Source: Haliotis cracherodii
Lineage: Eukaryota
Assembly (NCBI RefSeq): GCF_022045235.1
Contig: NW_027266330.1
Span: 31,620,001-31,684,000, forward strand
Direction: 5' to 3'
Length of the DNA: 64,000 bases
Numbering within the stretch: the first letter of the stretch is position 1; each line of letters begins with the position of its first letter. Shown piece by piece: positions 1-9,629 of the stretch. The translations under genes were made by a program, and so were the position numbers. The notes under the pieces are model-generated. The model was not told the origin of the DNA. It did no database searches and was given only the letters and a program-made list of their open reading frames with translations.

Positions 1-170
1 CCTCTTTCAATGACGATGAAGCTTCCTTCACGGAACTCTTGTCCGACAGCTCATATAGTGAGGACGACGAAGACCAGGGAGACCTATACAGCAACGACAG
101 CAGCTACGATATGACGACTCTCAGTCGAGCTTTGTCTGTAGACGACAGTGCACTTCATAGAAACGCCTAA
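1..170 (+). CDS. 3' end of exon 2 of the array gene (partial copy cut by window edge)
   Basis: Matches the exon 2 end of the other copies (...SFNDDEASFTELL...LHRNA*), TAA at 168-170. Confidence 0.85.
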   Translation, partial: SFNDDEASFTELLSDSSYSEDDEDQGDLYSNDSSYDMTTLSRALSVDDSALHRNA

Positions 171-321
171 GAGAAATCACAAGTCCCATCCACATCAACT
201 AGTGCTGCATTTACCTTGTTATTCATTTTTTGTAATTGTACACAAATGTTGCCTGACAGTGTGCAAAGGGCATCCTCTTATATTGTAAACCACATTTGTT
301 TGTTGATGAATATGCTGAGGA

Positions 322-327
322 AATAAA
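322..327 (+). terminator. Candidate polyadenylation signal AATAAA (same place in every unit)
   Basis: AATAAA ~150 nt after the stop codon, preceded by T-rich sequence with TGTA motifs; present in all units. Confidence 0.6.
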
Positions 328-408
328 TAATGAAGTCGATATTATAATCTTGATCAGTTGCTGACACGCTCACGACATCTTGAAGACATCATTCGTATAG
401 AAAGTTTG

Positions 409-423
409 TGAGAGAGAGAGAGA
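409..423. repeat. (GA)n microsatellite in each unit, length-variable
   Basis: gtgagagagagagaga; repeat number differs between units. Confidence 0.8.
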
Positions 424-1669
424 AAAGGTTAATTTGAGATGGTATCTCACAATACCAAGCCTTCGATCATTTTACTTGGTTCTGAGTATGGCAATCATTC
501 GAAGATATCGTCCTTAATCTATTCTTTGAAATAGGAAAAGATACAGACTAATCAATTGAAATGAAACACATTAGGTATTGATGGAGAAGAAGAGATTCCA
601 AGGTAATGGTTGCACCATAACATTAAATACAGTTTGGAGCGTAGCAATTCGTTTGCCCGTATCCATGCCGATCCTATAGCAAAAGGATTTAGACAGACGA
701 ACCACAACCCCATATGATATTCATCTGAGAGAGATATATGCCAGGTTGAATTTCATATTATCAGAGCATTTAATTGTTTCTCTTTCCTTTTGAAATGTAC
801 ATGCCCAAGTGCTTAAGGAGAGAGTCATACATGTTAAAAAGTGTCAATGCATACAGCATGCAAAACAAAAGGAAATTGAAACATTGATATCAACACAGGC
901 CAAATAACATGTTTGATCCAAGTCAGCACTTGATGAATACTATTCCCCTGAAAGCACTAAAAAGTAAAGATCAGAATATCCTGACATGAAACAGTGGGCA
1001 TCTTTCAAAAACAATGCTAACAACGTGCTTATGTATATCTAGCAACATACTCCAATTTCCATCATGTGCTTTAACAGCATTCTGTATTCAAAGATATAAA
1101 TCATGACACCGTACTTTGTAATTCTCCCCAAAACATGACAGTTATACACTGAAGATGATGTCTCTAGATCATTTAACATACATAAACTTTATTGTACATG
1201 CCTATTTATTTATTTATATAGTAACCTTTTAAGTACCCGACGTCCACCCAAAAGCTTCTAAGATGGTAAATATCCAGATACTTAAGCCAAATGAGCTGCT
1301 TCAATTATACCATGATGATGGTATTCATCAAAAATAGTATTTGAAATGCTTCAAAACATACGTGCTGTATTTCGATCATGTAAGACTGGTTGGGAAAATG
1401 GTCAGATTAACATAGCATTTACGACCTCCAACAGATGTGTACAATAAGTTCCAGATTTGACTGTACATGTATTCACTTTGCCTTTGTCTACCTGATTAAG
1501 GATTTTTTTTAGGAATGTGGACATGGTTTTCTCGGGTTTTTTAATTGAAACTAAACGTTCAGAGAAGCATCAGACGATTTCCAAGCTGATAGAAGTTTCT
1601 GTGACTTGGTTTCTGTGGAAGCGAAAGTAACCACATCGGATTTTTAAGTAACACAATGTACTGCACCGT

Positions 1670-1967
1670 TTGATCAATCCCGATTTAATCAATTAACAAT
1701 GATTGATAATCCCTGGAGATAACAGGACTAGATTGGTTGAACTCTTCTCAGACCTCTCCCTTTATACGGAAACTTGTTTTGACAAGAAGTTGATTGGTTT
1801 CTCAAGTGGACAGTGAGATTCCTTTCGGATCAAAGCCGAATGAAGTTGTAGTGTAGCTTTGATCTCGCCACTGGCTTCGAAAATGCTCTCTTTGATCTAT
1901 AAATCTCTACTACTATGTTTATACTAAGGGTCAGTATAAATGTTTTGCACGGACTGGAGTCCTTCAC
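1670..1967 (+). promoter_or_regulatory. Array-gene promoter now fused to LINE A1: ATTGG 1732 and 1793, CTTTGATC-type sites 1828/1857/1890, TATAAA 1935, Inr TTCAC with A+1 at ~1966
   Basis: Same sequence as the promoters of intact units. The left TSD keeps the Inr. Confidence 0.7.
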
Positions 1968-2259
1968 ATCACATGCCTCCCCCATGGAAACTCAACCAGC
2001 TAAACCTAATCCAACCCATGACGAAGATTTCTCCACTACTGAGGAAACAATAGACACTACTCCAACTAAAACAAACCAAACTTCCCAACCAGCCAACACC
2101 CCAAACCTAAATAACCTCACCTTACTCCTAGCATATATGCATAGTCAAAACTCACCAAAAGCTAGTATGGAATCCTTCCACAAAGTAGCTTTCAATCTAA
2201 AATTAACCGATCTTCCCTTCTTCCTCTTTAACCTCCATCTAAAAGAACTCACCGAATAA
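1968..2259 (+). pseudogene. Truncated ORF1 C-terminal remnant of LINE A1
   Basis: Matches the 3' end of ORF1 of copy A2 (SHASPMETQ...LKELTE*). Confidence 0.9.
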
Positions 2260-2278
2260 AATAAAAACTAAAAACTAA

Positions 2279-5200
2279 ATCACCAATCACCCGAACCCAA
2301 TATTCGAAGGACTAAATATTTTTCAGTGGAACGCCAACGGACTCACCTCCCACGGCCATGAACTAAAAACTAAATTTAAACTAAATAAAGGCCCTCACAT
2401 TGCTTGTATACAGGAAACCAAATTCTCAAAAAAATCGAAATTCACACTACCTAACTACAACTCAGTTAGAACTGACAGAGCTAAACCGAAAACAAGAAGA
2501 GCCGCAGGAGGACTAATCATATTTATCAGGGAAGATATAAATTACGAAGAAATAAAAATAGACACGCCAAACCTAGAAGCCAACGGCATTAAAATCACAT
2601 TAAATAACCGAAACATAAACATCATAAATATTTACCACTGGGCGGAACAAAAAGTCCAACCTGAGGATCTAAACAAACTACTCAAAATAAGCGATAAATC
2701 TACTATATTCCTAGGAGACTTTAACGCTCACCATCCTACATGGAGCATAGATGATAAAATAGATAATCATGGCAAATTAATCTCCGAATGGATAGAAACA
2801 AACGACCTAGTACTCCTTAATAGCAACCAACCCACGAGGTACGATAAGATAAACCAAAAAATGTCGGCTATCGACCTAACCATATGCACCGCAGATCTAG
2901 CCCAAAGCACTCAATGGGAAGTGCACGACGTCCCGCTAGGTAGCGACCACTTCCCCATAAACATAACCATAGGAAATACAAACGTACCAATCCAAACAGA
3001 AAACCAAGAACCAAAATTCCATTACAACAAAGCTAACTGGGACCAATTCCAAGATATCTGCAACGAAGCTAACTTAAACGAAATAGAAAATAATGATCCA
3101 GAAACCTATTGTAAAAACCTAACAGACTATATAATAAACGCAGCCAAAACCTCCATCCCCTTCAAAGTATCTAAGACAGGCAAACCGACGGTACCATGGT
3201 GGAATGAGGAAATAGAACAGACTAGACGAAAACGTAAATCAGCCTTCAATAAAGCGAAACGCGACTACAAATATTTAAACATAGCCCACGAACTAAACCA
3301 CCAGGTTCAAAAACTAGTCCAAATAGCCAAAAGTAGAGACTGGAAAAAATTCTGCGAAGGTATAAATAACCGTACAGATGCCAGAACGGTCTGGCGCAAA
3401 ATCCACGCCATTAGAGGCTTAAAACGACAAAAAAAAAACCCTAACATTAACAACTCAACCAACCCCGCCCAAAAAGCAAATAATCTCGCCAACCACTTTT
3501 CGGCCGTTAGCAGTAACAGCAACTTCAGCCAAAAATTCCAAGATAAACTTAAAACAGAAAACAAACCCACAAAAGAACCAAACAATAACAATCTAGAAAT
3601 AAATCAACCCTACACAATGGAGGAGCTCCTCTACGTAATCCAAAACAGGAAAAAGGGCACAGCCCCAGGATTAGACCTAACCTCTTACCAAATAATTAAA
3701 AAACTCCCCCTAAAACTGCTCCAGGCAGTACTCAAACTATACAATCTCATCTACCTAAACGGACAGGTTCCTACACCCTGGAAACAGGCCCTAGTCATAC
3801 CAATCCCTAAACCTAATAAACCAGCTAATCAAGCTAACTCATATAGACCAATATCCCTAACTTCAAACTTATGTAAAGTAATGGAATCAATGGTTAAAAA
3901 TAGATTACAACATTACTTAACCCAAAATAACACCATAAACCCAGATCAAAGCGGTTTCACTCCTGGCCGCTCAACCCTAGATAACCTCGCCCGACTAGAA
4001 CAAGATATTAAGACAGGACAACTAAATAAACAATATACCACAGGCATCTTCTTAGACTTCTCTAAAGCTTTCGACATGGTATGGCACGATGGGCTAATAC
4101 AAAAACTTAAAAAAATAGGACTCAAAGGTCAGATAATAAACTACATCCAGGACTACCTAAACAATCGTAAAATAACCGTGTGTATAGACCAAACTCTATC
4201 GGACCAATGTCCCCTAGAAAATGGCACTCCACAGGGCAGTATCCTCAGCCCCACCCTCTTCAATATAATGATAAACGATCTATTCGAGGGTCTATCCCCT
4301 AAAGTAAACACATCAAAATTCGCGGATGATGGAGCCATCTGGATCCGCACTAAAAGCATGAAAATGGCCACAAATCTACTCCAAAAATCTCTTAATAAAA
4401 TACAACAATGGGCTGACAAATGGGGCTTCTCCCTTAACTCAGAAAAAACAACAGGAATAGTATTCAAACATAAAAACATGAAACCCGCCTCCCCAATCCT
4501 CCAGCTAAACAACCAAACAATCAAATTTCAAAAACAAACCAAATTCTTAGGACTTATTTTCGATGAACATCTCACCTGGGATGCTCACATCCAAAACCTA
4601 ACAACTAAATGCAGTAAAGACCTAAACACCCTAAGATGCCTAACTGGCTCTAACTGGGGAGCCTCCAAAGATACTCTCCTCTCTCTCTACATATCCCTAA
4701 TTAGATCAAAACTAGACTACGGCTGCGCCATATACAACACCCTAAACAACTCTCTATCCAAAAAACTTGACTCAATACAATATCAGGCTCTCAAACTCAT
4801 TACACGCACCCAACATGGCACCTCCTACACCTCACTTCAGGCCTTAACAGGAGAAATGCCACTAAGTCTACGCAGGGAACAGCTAAGCTTAAATTTCTGG
4901 GCCGCGTCCCAATCAAACCCTCTCATCCAAAACTTAATAAACCAAAACATCAGCCCTAAAAACCAAGCTCTAGCTCGTAAACACCCCTTACTTACCCCAA
5001 TATCCCAAAGAATAACAAACTACCTAAATGAACACCAAATTAAAAATCTTAAACAAAACTGCAAACAATCAAATATCTTCACCCCTAAACTTAAAATACC
5101 CAAAATAGACACAACACTAGCTAGCCAAATAAATAAACAAACCGACCCAAACATAGCTAAAACTACCACACTAGCATACATACACAAAAATTGGCCAAAT

Positions 5201-6061
5201 TGGTGTCACATTTACACGGACGGATCCTCAGATCCGACCTCCAAACACACGGGTTTCGGAGTCCATACCACACAACCAACTAAAACCACACAATCCTTCC
5301 GACTCCCAAATAACCAATCAATATTCACGGCCGAACTAATGGGCATGGCCTCAGCCCTCCACAATCAAGAATCCAAAAACAACCAAAAAATCCTAATACT
5401 TACTGACTCCCTAAGTGGACTACAAGCCCTCCAAAACAAAAATACTAAAAACCGACCTAAATTAATAAATCAAATACTTAAAAGCTCCAACGACCTAACA
5501 AAAGCAGGCAAACAAATAACCTTCTTGTGGATACCCGCCCACGTAGGAATATACGGTAATGAAAACGCCGATAAAGCAGCTAAACTATCCCTTAAAATCC
5601 CAGAAATAAGCTTAAACTTACCCATCTCAAAAACAGAAATTAAAAGTGTAAACAAACAAAAAATCACAAAAAAATGGCATAACCTATATCTAAACTCAAA
5701 TAGCAAAATCAAAAGAGTGCTCAGCAAACCACTAACCAAACCAAAAATTCTCCATCCATCAAAAAAAATCGACAGAGTAATCACTAAACTCCAAACAGGA
5801 CACACCAACCTAAATAACCACCTAAAAAATTTTAAAAAACACACTACAGGTAACTGCCCACACTGCAAACAACCAGAAACCCCAGAACACGCACTCATCC
5901 ACTGCACACACTACCTAACACATCGAACCGCATTACAAACCACCCTCAATCTAAACAAGGCTCTCACTCTAGAAGCAATACTAAACCCACAAAATAAACT
6001 AGAAAACTTCAAGGCCTTAGGCGTATTCTTAATAAAAACGGAACTAATAAAACGCATCTAA
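2279..6061 (+). CDS. LINE ORF2 polyprotein: AP-endonuclease, reverse transcriptase, RNase H, C-terminal CX2CX7HX4C. Frame open from 2279; no ATG until 2861
   Basis: Manual translation upstream of 2861 gives FEGLNIFQWNANGL...CIQETK...LGDFNAHH in frame. Then SDH, YRPISLTS, LDFSKAFD, PQGSILSP, FADD, YTDGS, TDSLS, WIPAHVGIYGNENAD, CPHC...H...C. Confidence 0.93.
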   Translation: MTNHPNPIFEGLNIFQWNANGLTSHGHELKTKFKLNKGPHIACIQETKFSKKSKFTLPNYNSVRTDRAKPKTRRAAGGLIIFIREDINYEEIKIDTPNLEANGIKITLNNRNINIINIYHWAEQKVQPEDLNKLLKISDKSTIFLGDFNAHHPTWSIDDKIDNHGKLISEWIETNDLVLLNSNQPTRYDKINQKMSAIDLTICTADLAQSTQWEVHDVPLGSDHFPINITIGNTNVPIQTENQEPKFHYNKANWDQFQDICNEANLNEIENNDPETYCKNLTDYIINAAKTSIPFKVSKTGKPTVPWWNEEIEQTRRKRKSAFNKAKRDYKYLNIAHELNHQVQKLVQIAKSRDWKKFCEGINNRTDARTVWRKIHAIRGLKRQKKNPNINNSTNPAQKANNLANHFSAVSSNSNFSQKFQDKLKTENKPTKEPNNNNLEINQPYTMEELLYVIQNRKKGTAPGLDLTSYQIIKKLPLKLLQAVLKLYNLIYLNGQVPTPWKQALVIPIPKPNKPANQANSYRPISLTSNLCKVMESMVKNRLQHYLTQNNTINPDQSGFTPGRSTLDNLARLEQDIKTGQLNKQYTTGIFLDFSKAFDMVWHDGLIQKLKKIGLKGQIINYIQDYLNNRKITVCIDQTLSDQCPLENGTPQGSILSPTLFNIMINDLFEGLSPKVNTSKFADDGAIWIRTKSMKMATNLLQKSLNKIQQWADKWGFSLNSEKTTGIVFKHKNMKPASPILQLNNQTIKFQKQTKFLGLIFDEHLTWDAHIQNLTTKCSKDLNTLRCLTGSNWGASKDTLLSLYISLIRSKLDYGCAIYNTLNNSLSKKLDSIQYQALKLITRTQHGTSYTSLQALTGEMPLSLRREQLSLNFWAASQSNPLIQNLINQNISPKNQALARKHPLLTPISQRITNYLNEHQIKNLKQNCKQSNIFTPKLKIPKIDTTLASQINKQTDPNIAKTTTLAYIHKNWPNWCHIYTDGSSDPTSKHTGFGVHTTQPTKTTQSFRLPNNQSIFTAELMGMASALHNQESKNNQKILILTDSLSGLQALQNKNTKNRPKLINQILKSSNDLTKAGKQITFLWIPAHVGIYGNENADKAAKLSLKIPEISLNLPISKTEIKSVNKQKITKKWHNLYLNSNSKIKRVLSKPLTKPKILHPSKKIDRVITKLQTGHTNLNNHLKNFKKHTTGNCPHCKQPETPEHALIHCTHYLTHRTALQTTLNLNKALTLEAILNPQNKLENFKALGVFLIKTELIKRI

Positions 6062-6468
6062 AACCATAATAACCTACCAAATCAAAATCACATAAACAAA
6101 CAATCATCCACCATACCCAGCTCCCTTAGTTCTCCTCCCCAACCCCATCAGCATCTATTCCAAATCTCAAAATTCCCAAATTCTATATAAGCAACCCCTA
6201 AAGCCCCCTCTTGGGTTGCACAGACCACCCTCGCCCCTTTCGGAAACACATTAAATGGCCTGGCCGGGCCCGTGTGCGAAATACGCATCAGTCGGAAAGC
6301 GCACGTTAAATCTCCAAAGTAAGTAAGTAAGTAAGTGGAGTCCTTCACTGCATCTCAATCCGTGAGAACGAACACATCTACTTTCCAATTATCTAAATTT
6401 GGCGCTACTGAATTCCTGTAGTATTACATCCGACTGCATTCTAGTGTTGTGTCCGAAGGCCCTAGAAC

Positions 6469-7090
6469 ATGGATCCAGTTCAAGTTGCCATCAAGCTGAG
6501 ACGACTCCTTATTGCCCACGACAATGCAGTGAAAGAGATCCTGACATTAGGTAAATATGAACTGTGCTCTTTTTCAGTCCCCTGCAAACATTGCAATATT
6601 GGTATCACACTGAATTTTAGAATTGAACAAAATAAAATGATATTGTTGTGAACACATTTACCGAGATTTCTAATTACCCGTTTTATTGTTTTCAGATACC
6701 CAAGTCTACCATCTGATGCGGAAGATGACAGCCAACTCCTCCAACAACTGCATAATCCGAGGTGAACAGCTGATCCAGAGATGATGGGTGCTGGAAGGTG
6801 TCAAGGAGATGTTTACCATCTACAGACAACTCAAGTGGCAAGAGGTGCAAGCCTGTGTAAACGCCATCACCAAAGATGCTTCTGGAGAGAGTGATTCGGA
6901 GGCGGACTGGAATGGAGATACCTCTTTCAATGACGATGAAGCTTCCTTCACGGAACTCTTGTCCGACAGCTCATATAGTGAGGACGACGAAGACCAGGGA
7001 GACCTATACAGCAACGACAGCAGCTACGATATGACGACTCTCAGTCGAGCTTTGTCTGTAGACGACAGTGCACTTCATAGAAACGCCTAA
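6469..7090 (+). pseudogene. Array gene copy with nonsense mutation R57* and separated from its promoter by LINE A1 (intron 6551-6695)
   Basis: CGA>TGA at 6782-6784; all other complete copies read CGA. Confidence 0.85.
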
Positions 7091-8589
7091 GAGAAATCAC
7101 AAGTCCCATCCACATCAACTAGTGCTGCATTTACCTTGTTATTCATTTTTTGTAATTGTACACAAATGTTGCCTGACAGTGTGCAAAGGGCATCCTCTTA
7201 TATTGTAAACCACATTTGTTTGTTGATGAATATGCTGAGGAAATAAATAATGAAGTCGATATTATAATCTTGATCAGTTGCTGACACGCTCACGACATCT
7301 TGAAGACATCATTCGTATAGAAAGTTTGTGAGAGAGAGAGAGAAAAGGTTAATTTGAGATGGTATCTCACAATACCAAGCCTTCGATCATTTTACTTGGT
7401 TCTGAGTATGGCAATCATTCGAAGATATCGTCCTTAATCTATTCTTTGAAATAGGAAAAGATACAGACTAATCAATTGAAATGAAACACATTAGGTATTG
7501 ATGGAGAAGAAGAGATTCCAAGGTAATGGTTGCACCATAACATTAAATACAGTTTGGAGCGTAGCAATTCGTTTGCCCGTATCCATGCCGATCCTATAGC
7601 AAAAGGATTTAGACAGACGAACCACAACCCCATATGATATTCATCTGAGAGAGATATATGCCAGGTTGAATTTCATATTATCAGAGCATTTAATTGTTTC
7701 TCTTTCCTTTTGAAATGTACATGCCCAAGTGCTTAAGGAGAGAGTCATACATGTTAAAAAGTGTCAATGCATAAAGCATGCAAAACAAAAGGAAATTGAA
7801 ACATTGACATCAACACAGGCCAAATAACATTTTTGATCCAAGTCAGCACTTGATGAATACTATTCCCCTGAAAGCACTAAAAAGTAAAGATCAGAATATC
7901 CTGACATGAAACAGTGGGCATCTTTCAAAAACAATGCTAACAACGTGCTTATGTATATCTAGCAACATACTCCAATTTCCATCATGTGCTTTAACAGCAT
8001 TCTGTATTCAAAGATATAAATCATGACACCGTACTTTGTAATTCTCCCCAAAACATGACAGTTATACACTGAAGATGATGTCTCTAGATCATTTAACATA
8101 CATAAACTTTATTGTACATGCCTATTTATTTATTTATATAGTAACCTTTTAAGTACCCGACGTCCACCCAAAAGCTTCTAAGATGGTAAATATCCAGATA
8201 CTTAAGCCAAATGAGCTGCTTCAATTATACCATGATGATGGTATTCATCAAAAATAGTATTTGAAATGCTTCAAAACATACGTGCTGTATTTCGATCATG
8301 TAAGACTGGTTGGGAAAATGGTCAGATTAACATAGCATTTACGACCTCCAACAGATGTGTACAATAAGTTCCAGATTTGACTGTACATGTATTCACTTTG
8401 CCTTTGTCTACCTGATTAAGGATTTTTTTTAGGAATGTGGACATGGTTTTCTCGGGTTTTTTAATTGAAACTAAACGTTCAGAGAAGCATCAGACGATTT
8501 CCAAGCTGATAGAAGTTTCTGTGACTTGGTTTCTGTGGAAGCGAAAGTAACCACATCGGATTTTTAAGTAACACAATGTACTGCACCGT

Positions 8590-8890
8590 TTGATCAATCC
8601 CGATTTAATCAATTAACAATGATTGATAATCCCTGGAGATAACAGGACTAGATTGGTTGAACTCTTCTCAGACCTCTCCCTTTATACGGAAACTTGTTTT
8701 GACAAGAAGTTGATTGGTTTCTCAAGTGGACAGTGAGATTCCTTTCGGATCAAAGCCGAATGAAGTTGTAGTGTAGCTTTGATCTCGCCACTGGCTTCGA
8801 AAATGCTCTCTTTGATCTATAAATCTCTACTACTATGTTTATACTAAGGGTCAGTATAAATGTTTTGCACGGACTGGAGTCCTTCACTGC
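8590..8890 (+). promoter_or_regulatory. Representative intact promoter (repeated in every unit): homeodomain/Sox-like cluster ~8592-8632, inverted CCAAT 8652 and 8713, TCF/LEF-type sites 8748-8755, 8777-8784, 8810-8817, TATAAA 8818 and 8855, Inr TTCACT with A at 8886
   Basis: TATA-to-Inr spacing is 31 nt. A 122-nt ATG-free leader leads to a Kozak-like AACATGG. Motif matches were read directly; the TSS is inferred. Confidence 0.7.
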
Positions 8891-9007
8891 ATCTCAATCC
8901 GTGAGAACGAACACATCTACTTTCCAATTATCTAAATTTGGCGCTACTGAATTCCTGTAGTATTACATCCGACTGCATTCTAGTGTTGTGTCCGAAGGCC
9001 CTAGAAC

Positions 9008-9629
9008 ATGGATCCAGTTCAAGTTGCCATCAAGCTGAGACGACTCCTTATTGCCCACGACAATGCAGTGAAAGAGATCCTGACATTAGGTAAATATGAA
9101 CTGTGCTCTTTTTCAGTCCCCTGCAAACATTGCAATATTGGTATCACACTGAATTTTAGAATTGAACAAAATAAAATGATATTGTTGTGAACACATTTAC
9201 CGAGATTTCTAATTACCCGTTTTATTGTTTTCAGATACCCAAGTCTACCATCTGATGCGGAAGATGACAGCCAACTCCTCCAACAACTGCATAATCCGAG
9301 GTGAACAGCTGATCCAGAGACGATGGGTGCTGGAAGGTGTCAAGGAGATGTTTACCATCTACAGACAACTCAAGTGGCAAGAGGTGCAAGCCTGTGTAAA
9401 CGCCATCACCAAAGATGCTTCTGGAGAGAGTGATTCGGAGGCGGACTGGAATGGAGATACCTCTTTCAATGACGATGAAGCTTCCTTCACGGAACTCTTG
9501 TCCGACAGCTCATATAGTGAGGACGACGAAGACCAGGGAGACCTATACAGCAACGACAGCAGCTACGATATGACGACTCTCAGTCGAGCTTTGTCTGTAG
9601 ACGACAGTGCACTTCATAGAAACGCCTAA
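9008..9629 (+). CDS. Uncharacterised 158-aa protein, two exons (9008-9089, 9235-9629), intron 9090-9234
   Basis: Donor AG|GTAAAT, branch CTAAT, pyrimidine tract TTTTATTGTTTTCAG. Splicing joins MDPV...EILTL-D-TQVYHL... in frame (phase 1). Confidence 0.88.

Larger units (their letters stand above)
1968..6336 (+). mobile_element. I-group (I/Nimb-like) non-LTR retrotransposon, subfamily A, copy A1, 5'-truncated within ORF1
   Basis: ORF1 3' remnant plus APE-RT-RNaseH ORF2 and an (AAGT)5 3' tail. TSD GGAGTCCTTCAC at 1956-1967 and 6337-6348; the last CAC is also microhomologous to the element. Confidence 0.95.

Noticed and set aside
3307-5907. Hydrophobic antisense ORFs inside the LINEs (also in A2 and B)
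   Set aside because: Shadows of the A/C-rich ORF2 codon usage, with no independent signals.
8870-9007. snRNA, SL RNA, 5S or tRNA gene at the LINE target site, as for known site-specific LINEs
   Set aside because: No recognisable RNA-gene sequence, Sm site or Pol III boxes. The context is TATA/Inr followed by an mRNA leader. An Rfam search would confirm.
9008-9190. Repeated 60-aa ORF and 134-aa TTG-started ORF as two separate genes
   Set aside because: Better explained as exon 1 read into the intron and exon 2 of one spliced gene with canonical splice signals.
9359-9553. Repeated 64-aa Ser-rich minus-strand ORF
   Set aside because: Antisense shadow of the Asp/Glu-rich exon 2.
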